Assembly: GCA_050115555.1 (NCBI GenBank) | Contig: JASFQI010000001.1 | Span: 1-51,046 of the forward strand | Length of the DNA stretch: 51,046 nt | Direction of reading: 5' to 3' | Origin: Desulfobacteraceae bacterium | Lineage (GTDB): Bacteria; Desulfobacterota; DSM-4660; Desulfatiglandales; HGW-15 | Shown: piece by piece, positions 1 to 7,907 of the stretch | How the letters are laid out: every line of letters begins with the position of its first letter | Numbering within the stretch: the stretch's first letter is position 1 | The notes under the pieces: generated by a model | Databases searched by the model: none | Told to the model about the DNA's origin: nothing | The model's input: only the letters and a program-made list of their open reading frames with translations | Position numbers and translations under genes: made by a program

Positions 1-163
1 GAATGCCCGTGATCTCCTCGGCTGCCCGGTTGAAGCAGGTGATACGCCAGTTCGAATCCACGGTGAAAACGCCGTCGCTGATGCTTTGAATCACCGCCTC
101 GAACCGCTCCGGCGAAGGTGCGGATATGAAAGACACGGAATCCATAGGCGCTGTCTGTTTCAT
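1..163 (-). CDS. PAS-domain signalling protein, N-terminal fragment (gene runs off the left edge)
   Basis: Absent from the ORF track because it is truncated. The reverse-strand ATG at 163-161 reads MKQTAPMDSVSFISAPSPERFEAVIQSISDGVFTVDSNWRITCFNRAAEEITGI. This is a PAS core resembling the PAS of the regulator at 10681-12090 ([31 protein letters not shown]). Confidence 0.6.
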   Translation of the reverse strand, partial: MKQTAPMDSVSFISAPSPERFEAVIQSISDGVFTVDSNWRITCFNRAAEEITGI

Positions 164-295
164 GGCTTGGCTGTACATCTCCGATCCCCAAAGGGCGAAA
201 TCGCGCTTGCCGGTTCCGTCGTTTCCAGAACCCCGGGGAGCTGGTCGCCGATACCCCTCTTTTCTTTCGGCAGCTGGCGGATTCTTGGGGTTCCC

Positions 296-1246
296 CTATC
301 CTTGGGCCGCCATAGAAGAATCCACTGCCCGGACCTCCGGGGGGGTCCCGTTCACGGAGATCCCGGCATGGTCCAGGATATCCGGCACGATGTCAGTCCA
401 GCCCAGAGGCATGATGTGCACACCCTGAACCATGGGTTTGATTTTCCGAATAAACGTTCCCATCATCTCGGCCGCCTTTTTCTTGCGATCGCCGCTCTCC
501 ACCGATCCGATCGCGTCGATCCACTCCTGGGGAACGCGGACTCCAGAGACGTTCTTGTTCATGAAACGCCCCATCTGGGGGGACTTGAGAACCACAACCC
601 CGACCTGGATCGGTCGGCCCATGCCCTCCGCCTTTTCCATGAAGGCCTCAAAGACCGCCTCGTCGTAAACCGCCTGGGTCTGGAAGAACTCGGCGCCTGC
701 ATCGATCTTCTTCCTCATCTTGAGCAGCTGCAGCTCCAGGGGGACGAAGTTGGGATTGACCACGGCGCCGTGGGCCATGTCCGGGGGGTTTTCTATAGGA
801 TTTCCCGTGATATCGTGGCCTTCACGCAAGCCCTGCGCCATGGCGATAAGCTGGACCGAATCCAGGTCAAATACCGGTTTGGCCGACTTGTGGTCCCCGA
901 GCTGAATGTGGTCGCCGGTGAGAAGAAGAACATTGTCGATTCCTAAGGAATAGGCGGTCAGCAGGTCGCTTTGCAGCGCAATTCGGTTGCGGTCCCGACA
1001 CGTCAGCTGATAGATGGGCTCGATCCCCCGCTGCTTCAGGCCGACGCTGGCGGCCAGGGACCCCAGCCGCATGACAGCGGATTGGTTATCGGTCACATTG
1101 ACCGCATGGACGTGATCCTGGAGATACCAGGCCTCTTTCGCACACGTCGGGTTGATGCGCCAGTCCCTCGAAATGGCTCCTTTGATGGGGCCGACCTCTC
1201 CGGTGACGACAAACTCGCCCCGGTTGAACAGATCCGTGATCTTCAT
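296..1246 (-). CDS. metF: Methylenetetrahydrofolate reductase (MetF, small anaerobe type)
   Basis: ORF 296-1297 trimmed to the ATG at 1246 (MKITDLFNRGEF), which is preceded by AGGAGA. The sequence is MTHFR-family throughout (VTDNQSAVMRLGSLAASVGLK..LTCRDRNRIALQSDLLTAYSLGIDNVLLLTGD). It lies next to metV. Confidence 0.9.
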   Translation of the reverse strand: MKITDLFNRGEFVVTGEVGPIKGAISRDWRINPTCAKEAWYLQDHVHAVNVTDNQSAVMRLGSLAASVGLKQRGIEPIYQLTCRDRNRIALQSDLLTAYSLGIDNVLLLTGDHIQLGDHKSAKPVFDLDSVQLIAMAQGLREGHDITGNPIENPPDMAHGAVVNPNFVPLELQLLKMRKKIDAGAEFFQTQAVYDEAVFEAFMEKAEGMGRPIQVGVVVLKSPQMGRFMNKNVSGVRVPQEWIDAIGSVESGDRKKKAAEMMGTFIRKIKPMVQGVHIMPLGWTDIVPDILDHAGISVNGTPPEVRAVDSSMAAQG

Positions 1247-1277
1247 TTTTCGTCTCCTGATTCCATGAAATGCATGT

Positions 1278-1466
1278 CTAGCCTTGTGCCCATCCAAAAA
1301 CCAAGCTCAGGGCACTAGCAAGTTTCCAATCCAGAAATGAGAAGTTTTCCGTAAGATCAAGGAAATCAAGGGATTCCGCGGAGATGTACATAAGGTGCTT
1401 CGCACAAGGAATACCGCAGATTGACGCCGAGATTGCGGAAAAGGGCCATTTCTGGATGGAAACTAG
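1278..1466 (-). repeat. MITE-like structured repeat, copy 1 (short form), in the metV-metF spacer
   Basis: The reverse complement aligns end to end with 46406-46667, apart from a ~75-nt insert in the latter. Imperfect ~30-nt inverted arms lie at 1321-1351 and 1436-1464 (agtttccaatccagaaatgagaagttttccg / cggaaaagggccatttctggatggaaact). A second small hairpin is gtgccc(1286-1291)/gggcac(1310-1315). CTAG tetranucleotides occur at 1278-1281, 1315-1318 and 1463-1466, and the last contains the metV TAG stop. Confidence 0.7.
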
Positions 1467-2182
1467 TCCTGATTGCTCACGGTCAATGGGCCGGCCTGCG
1501 AGCAGAAGGTCGCTTCAAACGGGCTCACCTTCAGGGTTCGTGGACGGCTCCACTTGGCGTGGTCTTTCGGCGATTGATAGGCATCCAGCAGGTCCAGGCG
1601 GCCCAGTTTTTTAAGCCGCTCGAAGATCAGCACCCAACCGCATGGACGATCTTTGTCCACCTCGCACATCCCGTCTTCCGCCCCGCCGCAAGGACCGTTC
1701 AGAAGTTGTTTCGAGCAAAGGGTCATGGGGCACAGCCCCCCGGTGAACTCGATAATGCAGTCTCCGCAAAGGGAGCAGTACTCCTGGATTTCCGATTCAG
1801 AAACCGTCTCCCCACCGAAAATGGTGTCACAGCCGGGATGCACCATGCCGCCGTCCGTGGCATCGATCACGGTGTGAACCCCCTGGCCGCACCCCAGCAC
1901 CAGGAAGGAATCGGCCTGCCGGACCTGCTCTGCATAATCTTCCATCAGGACCTTCCGGGTGTTGTCCAGCTTGCATAGCGACATTCCCTGAGAACCGGGC
2001 ACGGTGTACCCCGCCACCTCGATCCCCCTCCTTTCCAGGCGCTCCGCCATGGCCCGGGTTTCATCCTCCCCGCCGGAGTGGCATTTCCACGCGCAGTTGT
2101 TGCACCCAACAACAAAGACCTTTTCGCCATCCTGGATGTGACGGACGATTTCCTCGATTGGTTTTTGAATGGTAGCATGCAT
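1463..2182 (-). CDS. metV: MetV (MTHFR-associated zinc-finger/Fe-S subunit, MTHFR_C-type)
   Basis: ORF 1463-2251 trimmed to the ATG at 2182 (MHATIQKPIEE), preceded by GAGAGGA. Cys-rich sequence (GCNNCAWKCH, CSLCGDCII, CPMTLCSKQLLNGPCGG, CEVDKDRPCGW) typical of the MetF partner. Directly upstream of metF. Confidence 0.85.
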   Translation of the reverse strand: MHATIQKPIEEIVRHIQDGEKVFVVGCNNCAWKCHSGGEDETRAMAERLERRGIEVAGYTVPGSQGMSLCKLDNTRKVLMEDYAEQVRQADSFLVLGCGQGVHTVIDATDGGMVHPGCDTIFGGETVSESEIQEYCSLCGDCIIEFTGGLCPMTLCSKQLLNGPCGGAEDGMCEVDKDRPCGWVLIFERLKKLGRLDLLDAYQSPKDHAKWSRPRTLKVSPFEATFCSQAGPLTVSNQD

Positions 2183-2299
2183 TAGAATTCCTCTCAAATG
2201 TGATGGAGTCGCAAAAAACCTTGGACCAAACGATGACCCTTTGCACATCAAAAAACATCAGTGTAGCTCACAAAAGTCGAAGAGATTTTTACGATACCG

Positions 2300-3016
2300 T
2301 CAAAAAAATTGTTTATTGAAGCGGGTAAATGACACTTCAAGTCGGGCATATAGAGATCGAAGCCGTTCATTGGCCACAACGATTTTTTCGTTTTTCTGTT
2401 CATTCTCCTGATCTAATGGATAGCAGGAAAGGCACATTTCATAATTCTTGATTTGATTGTCATAATGAACAGCGAAATTGACCATGAGAAATACCATTTT
2501 CACTTCAAAATTAGGCAGTTGTTCTCTTGCATGAACCCATTGAAGCCAGGGTTCAATCGATATTCCACCCCTATCCTTGGCCAGAGCGATGGTATCCTCC
2601 ATCCTCATCGCGCCTTGGTCGAGTGCGCGATTTTCAATCTTTTTCGCATAGCTTTCCAATGTCAGCTTCGGTCTTTCCAGGAGGATCCCGGCGCGGCGAA
2701 GCTTCTCCAAATCTGATTTCATGTACTGATTGGCGGTCAGGATCGCCTTGTAGGTCGCAGGACAATGCCCGTCAGGGCACCCACGCGCATAGCATTTCCT
2801 GAATCCGTATTCCTCTCCATCGATGGTTCCACTGAAACGGCACAGAAACATCAGGGCCCTATAGGCCGGATCATCTTCCGTGAAGTACATGGGAATGACG
2901 TCGAACGTGGCGCGACAAAAGACGCGGGAGGACCGTAGCTTCCACTGCAGCAGGTCGCTGATGCGGCTCGGAGGGCGGATACCCGCGGTTTCACTCTTTC
3001 CCATTGAAGTCGCCAT
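2300..3016 (-). CDS. Uncharacterised Cys-rich protein, paralog 1 of a tandem pair
   Basis: 238-aa ORF. Shares RFSGxIDGxxxxFRKCYARGCPxxxCP and CLxCYP with the neighbouring ORF 3035-3754. I recognise no family. The gene is noticeably AT-rich (46/120 G+C by hand count over 2301-2420). Confidence 0.75.
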   Translation of the reverse strand: MATSMGKSETAGIRPPSRISDLLQWKLRSSRVFCRATFDVIPMYFTEDDPAYRALMFLCRFSGTIDGEEYGFRKCYARGCPDGHCPATYKAILTANQYMKSDLEKLRRAGILLERPKLTLESYAKKIENRALDQGAMRMEDTIALAKDRGGISIEPWLQWVHAREQLPNFEVKMVFLMVNFAVHYDNQIKNYEMCLSCYPLDQENEQKNEKIVVANERLRSLYARLEVSFTRFNKQFF

Positions 3017-3034
3017 AACGAGACCATCCTGACA

Positions 3035-3754
3035 TCAGGAGTGAAAAAAGGTCTTTTCATGCGGAATCGAAGCATGATCGAAGGCCTCGTAGACTCGTGC
3101 CAGCCGCGCATTTGCAATGTCGATTTTGTTCGATCGCTCTTCCCGTTCGTTTTCATGGGGATAACAGGCCAGGCATCGCTCCATGTGATGGGGTTTTCCG
3201 AGATGTGTGATCGAAAAGTCGGCCATCAGAAACATCTGCGCCTTCTGGTAGTTTGCAAAATGCTCAACCCCGGGGACAAACTCGAGTTTGACTTCAACGA
3301 TCCCAGCGTTTCCCTCTCGAGCGAGGTTGACGGCGTCGTCGATCGTCATCGTGGCTTCGTTGTCCTCATGAACGTCCTCGTACTTGACCATCATGTCTTC
3401 CAGGGTAAACAACCGCTTGTCGATATCGATTCCACTCTCTTCCAGGCGTCGATAATCCCGCTGGAGATAACGGTTGGCGATCATGACCGCCTGAGAGACA
3501 TGCGGACACAAATTGTTCGGGCAGCCGCGTGCATAGCATTTTCGAAACTCGAAATCCTGCCCGTCGATGTCCCCGGAGAACCGAACGAGGAAAATATGGG
3601 CCTGGAACGGATTTTTTCGATCCACAAAATCCACCGGAAGGATCTCGAATGCGACCCGGCAGTGCACCGTTGAACCGTCTTTTTTCAATGCGATCAAGTC
3701 GGTCACACGGCAGGGTGGAAATCCATTCATTTGCTGCTGCATGGCGAGCCTCAT
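3035..3754 (-). CDS. Uncharacterised Cys-rich protein, paralog 2 of a tandem pair
   Basis: 239-aa ORF lying 18 nt upstream of paralog 1. About one third of residues are identical along the whole length, with six conserved Cys. A GGTGAGGGGA-type SD precedes the ATG at 3754. Confidence 0.8.
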   Translation of the reverse strand: MRLAMQQQMNGFPPCRVTDLIALKKDGSTVHCRVAFEILPVDFVDRKNPFQAHIFLVRFSGDIDGQDFEFRKCYARGCPNNLCPHVSQAVMIANRYLQRDYRRLEESGIDIDKRLFTLEDMMVKYEDVHEDNEATMTIDDAVNLAREGNAGIVEVKLEFVPGVEHFANYQKAQMFLMADFSITHLGKPHHMERCLACYPHENEREERSNKIDIANARLARVYEAFDHASIPHEKTFFHS

Positions 3755-3771
3755 TTTCGTTATCCCCTCAC

Positions 3772-4146
3772 CTAAAACACAAACACGGCGTCGGATTCGA
3801 TCGCCTCCAGGTTCACGGAACCGGCCGCCGTCACCTCGGAACCTTCGATCAGCTCGGACTCCGGGAGATCGCGGCTCTTGATGCAGGGACCGCAGACCCA
3901 GATCTTTCCGCCTTCCTCGAGAAATGTGTGGAGGAGCTCCTTCATGGGAGGAAACCCTCCGCCCGGGGGCATGGTTTCAGCATACCCCTTTTTGGCGATG
4001 TACACCCCGTCCCCCTGGAGGACAATGGTGGCCTTTATGTCCATGGCAAGGGCCGCATTGGCAAGGGCGAACGGGATGTGGGCCATTTCCGATCTGTTCT
4101 CGCCACAGGTGCACATGTAAAGAATCTTGTCTTGCTTCTCCGTCAT
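3772..4146 (-). CDS. DsrE/TusD-family sulfur-relay-like protein
   Basis: ORF trimmed to the ATG at 4146 (MTEKQDKILYMCTCG), preceded by GGAGAAGGAGA. Shows the DsrE-like pattern (ATIVLQGDGVYIA .. KIWVCGPCIKSRD) at ~124 aa. Confidence 0.7.
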   Translation of the reverse strand: MTEKQDKILYMCTCGENRSEMAHIPFALANAALAMDIKATIVLQGDGVYIAKKGYAETMPPGGGFPPMKELLHTFLEEGGKIWVCGPCIKSRDLPESELIEGSEVTAAGSVNLEAIESDAVFVF

Positions 4147-4271
4147 CTTTCGTTCTCCTTCTCCTCTGGGTTCTAGATCATGAATCCTCATACAGTTCAG
4201 TTGAAATCGGGGTGATAAATACGCAAGTTACGTATCTTTATGAAACGGCTTGCGTTCTTTCACCCTCGCTT

Positions 4272-5201
4272 CTATTCCACCTGACGGGCAATCACGGTGG
4301 AAAGATCTTCCACGTCTGCCCCGGCCTTCCTGAGGTTGCCCAGGCAAATGGGACACATGGCCACGATGGGCGCATGGGCGCTCTCCAGGTCCTCGAGCCG
4401 GCGCCCTACGACCTCCTGGGACAGCCTGGGAGAGATGGACTCCGCCGGTCCTCCGCAGCAGTGGGTGTAGGCCCCGGAGTCGCGGACCGGCACACACTCA
4501 ATGTCCAGGCCGGAGAGGACCTGATAGGGGACGTCTGAGAGCTCCAGGTATCGCCCGTAGAAGCAGGGGTCGTGGAGGACGATCCTCCGGTGGCCGTTGT
4601 GCGATTGAAGGTCCAGCAGCTCGAAGTAGGCGTGGACCTCGAAGCTTTCCCCGGTGACCTTGGGGTAAAGCACCTTCAGGGCATAGGTGGTGTGGGGATC
4701 CACGGTGATGAGTTTGCGGACGCCTTTCTCCCTCAGTTTTGCTGCCACATATTTCGCCTGCTCGACGAACCCTTCCTGATCGCCCAGGTCGTAGAGCAGG
4801 ACACCGCTGTAATCATCCAGCTTCGGGTCGTAAAAGAAATCCACGCCGGAGCGGGTCAGGATCATCGCGATATTCTGTAAAATCCGGTTGAATTTTTCCT
4901 TCTCCTTCCCGGGTGTGATCGCGGCCAGGCCGAGCCCCGACACCCATTTGGGCACGTATTTTCCGTAGCCCATGTAGTCGGCCCACTTCGTGTCTTCGAA
5001 GCGCTCCAGATACGCAGTGGATTTCTCGATGTAGGGAATGAACTGATACATCAAACCGGTAAACAGGAGGGCATCCCCTTTTCTGCCTACCTCGGCCTTT
5101 TTCCACCAGCTGTTGACGGCGAACTTGGGAATCCCAAAAGGATTCTTGGTTTTTTTGACATTGTCGGCAATCAGATCGATGATCATCCTGGGATCATACA
5201 T
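4272..5201 (-). CDS. hdrB: HdrB-like CCG-domain protein (only one intact CCG motif)
   Basis: ATG at 5201 lies one nt after the hdrC-like stop and is preceded by GGAGGAGG. The C-terminal half carries C-X34-CC-X33-CxxC (DPCFYG..THCCGGP..MCPICLG). The N-terminal ~215 aa contain no Cys. Confidence 0.8.
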   Translation of the reverse strand: MYDPRMIIDLIADNVKKTKNPFGIPKFAVNSWWKKAEVGRKGDALLFTGLMYQFIPYIEKSTAYLERFEDTKWADYMGYGKYVPKWVSGLGLAAITPGKEKEKFNRILQNIAMILTRSGVDFFYDPKLDDYSGVLLYDLGDQEGFVEQAKYVAAKLREKGVRKLITVDPHTTYALKVLYPKVTGESFEVHAYFELLDLQSHNGHRRIVLHDPCFYGRYLELSDVPYQVLSGLDIECVPVRDSGAYTHCCGGPAESISPRLSQEVVGRRLEDLESAHAPIVAMCPICLGNLRKAGADVEDLSTVIARQVE

Positions 5202-5202
5202 G

Positions 5203-5505
5203 TCAGGACCTCCTCCAGTTCGAGACCACAAAGCGTTTCAATCCCAGGATCACTTCTCCGGGATTCGCCTCCCGCGGACAGGTCTGTGTGCAGAGACCGC
5301 AGTGAAGGCAACGCCAGAGCTCCCGGGCGTTGTCCAGGATGCGATCCCTGGCCCCGAGCTGGATGTAGCGGATCATCCGCCGTGGAAAATGCTCGTAGAT
5401 CAAGGGGCAGATCGCTGCGCAGGTCCCGCAGTTGAAGCACTCCAGCGCCGTACCGCTTCCGTAGCTTGCGATTTCTTCGGCAAAGTCCAGGTTCACTTGT
5501 GCCAT
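5203..5505 (-). CDS. hdrC: HdrC-like 2x[4Fe-4S] ferredoxin subunit
   Basis: Trimmed to the ATG at 5505 (MAQVNLDF), preceded by GGGAGGA. Two cluster motifs are present: CFNCGTCAAICP and CLHCGLCTQTCP. Confidence 0.8.
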   Translation of the reverse strand: MAQVNLDFAEEIASYGSGTALECFNCGTCAAICPLIYEHFPRRMIRYIQLGARDRILDNARELWRCLHCGLCTQTCPREANPGEVILGLKRFVVSNWRRS

Positions 5506-5569
5506 GTTTTTCCTCCCAGGAATGCGTCGGGTTCCCCGATGCCTCCCTTTCCTTTCGCACAGGTCGAAA

Positions 5570-5890
5570 TCAATCCGTCGCTTCCGCGGCCTTCTCTTCG
5601 GCCAGTTCATACATGAAGTATGCGCCGTCCTTTTCCGCTTCCCTGACCTCGCCGTATTTCTTCAGGGTCGCCACATACCAGAGGACCTCTGCGGTCTCGG
5701 CCCCGATGGCCGATGCGATCGCAGGAACGGTCTGCGGGCCGTTCTTCAGATGATCCCGAATGGCCCGGGTTTTCTTTTTCTGCTCCCGCATCCTGCTCGT
5801 GGCCTCTTCGATCCATGCCTTTCGGCTTTCACGAAGCGTTTTCAAGGCCTCTTTGTCGAAACCCACCTGCTTCCCTTGTTTCCGGCTCAT
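5570..5890 (-). CDS. Small basic protein with a winged-helix-like C-terminus (the 'hyp' of the hdr cluster)
   Basis: Trimmed to the ATG at 5890 (MSRKQGKQVGF), preceded by GAGGTG. The C-terminal TVPAIASAIGAETAEVLWYVATLKKYGEVRE looks like a wHTH. Family not recognised. Confidence 0.55.
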   Translation of the reverse strand: MSRKQGKQVGFDKEALKTLRESRKAWIEEATSRMREQKKKTRAIRDHLKNGPQTVPAIASAIGAETAEVLWYVATLKKYGEVREAEKDGAYFMYELAEEKAAEATD

Positions 5891-5951
5891 GCTTTCACCT
5901 CGTCCGTGCAGCGCGTTTCCGGCCCGTCCTCTCTTTCGGCGTTCCTCTCGA

Positions 5952-7862
5952 TCAAGCCGCCTCATCCGCGGCTACAATTCGATCCACCATGGCGTCATAC
6001 TGCTCGAGGGTCCAGCCGTTGATGTCAATAGCGTTTTCAGGACACACGGCAACGCAGGCCCCGCAACCGGTGCAGAGCGCCGGCGTGACCTCGGCACGGC
6101 GCACGGTCTTCCCTTCCACTTGTTCCTCCACCATTCTCAAGGCGCCGTCTACAAGGCAGGCCTCCACGCAAGCACCTGACCCCTTGCACCTCGCGGGGTC
6201 CACTTGGGCCACGAACGGGTCAAGCTCCACGTACCCCCGCCCGAGCAGGGCCGCTGCCTTGGCCGCGGCCGCGCCGGCCGCATTGCACACCTCCCCCACG
6301 TCCATCGGGGCCTGGCATGTCCCTGCCAGCAGCAGACCGGTCTGAGGCAGTTCCACGGGCCTGAGCTTCGGATGGACCTCGAGCAGAAACCGGTCCATGC
6401 CGACCGGCAGCTTCATCATCTCTACCAGCTCCGAAATGCCGGTCGGTTCCATTCCCGTTGCCAGGACAACCAGGTCCGCGGGTACCTCCACCTCTTCACC
6501 GAAGGTCAGCGTATCCCTGACCTTGACTCGCAGGGGATAGTCTTCGGATTCCTCGCCCTGCAGGACCTCGGGCGCATCCTCGGCCTCGAAGCGCAGGAAG
6601 ACGACGCCGCTTTTGGCTGTGTCGTTGTAAAGCTCCTCCTGCCCGCGGCCGTAGGTCCGGATGTCCCGGTAGAACTCGTAGACGTGGGTCCCGGGATGGG
6701 ATATTCGGATCCTGTGGGCCGCGTCCAGGCTGGCCGTGCAGCAGGTACGGGAGCAGTACTCGTTCAGGTGCCCGGTCTCGTCGTCCGGGTGAATGCCGGG
6801 AATCTGACGGCTCCCGACACAGTGGATCATGGCTATGCTCCGGATCTTCCGGCCGTTGACGATCAGGCAATCGCCGTCCGAGGCTTCGGCCAGGATCCGG
6901 ATCAGATCGCTCAGCGTGACCACCTCCGCGAACTCCCCGTATCCGTACTCTCCCCGGCGCGGCACGTAGGGCCGGAAGCCCGTGGCCAGCACCACCACGC
7001 CCGTCTCGAGGCTCAGGGTTTCAGCGGCTTCCGGGATCGGCTGGGGGCACACGCCTGAAAAAGGTACGTACGCGTTTCGGGCGCCGCTGCCGGGATCAAC
7101 CGGTTCCATGCCGATCCGGGGAGGTTCTGTTTTCAGGCCGAGCCTGAAGTTCCCCACATACCCCTCGAAGGACGCTACAGAGGAGCAGGTGTGAACCGTG
7201 ATGTTCGGATCCTCCAGGACTTCTCCGGCCAGCTCCTTCACCAGGTCCTCAGCCCGGTCTCCAGTGGGCGCCACTCGGTCCAATTCTGCCACCCGCCCTC
7301 CGAGAAACGGGGTCTTTTCGATCAGGGCCACTTCGATCCCGCGCCCGGCCAGGTCCTTTGCCGCCCGGAGACCTGCGATGCCACCCCCGATGACGGTCGC
7401 GTGGGGCCGGGCATCGACCCGGATCGGTTCCAGGGGTTCGAGTCTCTCGGCCTTGGCCGCGGCGGCCGCCACCAGCCGGGTGGCCTTGTTTGTGGCCTCC
7501 TCCCCGTGATGGACCCAGCTGACCTGCTCTCTGATGTTGGCATGGTCGTAGATATAGGGGTTTGCTCCGGCTCGTGCCAGGGCGCTTCGAAACGTGTTCT
7601 CATGGAGGCTGGGAGCGCAGGAGGCGACCACGATTCGGTTCACGGCACCGCTTTTCAGGTCCTCCATGATCATCTCCTGACCTGGGTCCGAGCACATGAA
7701 CATGTTGGTACGCGCCACGGAGACCCCAGGGAGGTGTTCCACCCGGTCCCGGACCGTCTCCACTTCCACGTGATCCGAGATGTTTCCGCCGCAGTAGCAG
7801 ATGTAGACGCCCACCTTTGCCTGCGTGGGTTCAGCGTTTTTGTTCTTTTTCTCTTCGGTCAT
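5952..7862 (-). CDS. hdrA: HdrA-type flavoprotein with an N-terminal MvhD-like domain and C-terminal 2x[4Fe-4S] domain
   Basis: ATG at 7862 (MTEEKKNK), preceded by AGGAGA. The N-terminus (VYICYCGGNISDHV..MFMCSDPG..VVASCAPS) resembles MvhD/FlpD. It is followed by VIGGGIAGLRAAKDLA (FAD binding), HCVGSR..EYCSRTCC (the HdrA signature), and CKGSGACVEAC plus CTGCGACVAVCP at the C-terminus. Confidence 0.9.
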   Translation of the reverse strand: MTEEKKNKNAEPTQAKVGVYICYCGGNISDHVEVETVRDRVEHLPGVSVARTNMFMCSDPGQEMIMEDLKSGAVNRIVVASCAPSLHENTFRSALARAGANPYIYDHANIREQVSWVHHGEEATNKATRLVAAAAAKAERLEPLEPIRVDARPHATVIGGGIAGLRAAKDLAGRGIEVALIEKTPFLGGRVAELDRVAPTGDRAEDLVKELAGEVLEDPNITVHTCSSVASFEGYVGNFRLGLKTEPPRIGMEPVDPGSGARNAYVPFSGVCPQPIPEAAETLSLETGVVVLATGFRPYVPRRGEYGYGEFAEVVTLSDLIRILAEASDGDCLIVNGRKIRSIAMIHCVGSRQIPGIHPDDETGHLNEYCSRTCCTASLDAAHRIRISHPGTHVYEFYRDIRTYGRGQEELYNDTAKSGVVFLRFEAEDAPEVLQGEESEDYPLRVKVRDTLTFGEEVEVPADLVVLATGMEPTGISELVEMMKLPVGMDRFLLEVHPKLRPVELPQTGLLLAGTCQAPMDVGEVCNAAGAAAAKAAALLGRGYVELDPFVAQVDPARCKGSGACVEACLVDGALRMVEEQVEGKTVRRAEVTPALCTGCGACVAVCPENAIDINGWTLEQYDAMVDRIVAADEAA

Positions 7863-7907
7863 TCCGGATTCTCCTGCCAACGGGTTCCGCAATCCCACGG
7901 GAGGGGT

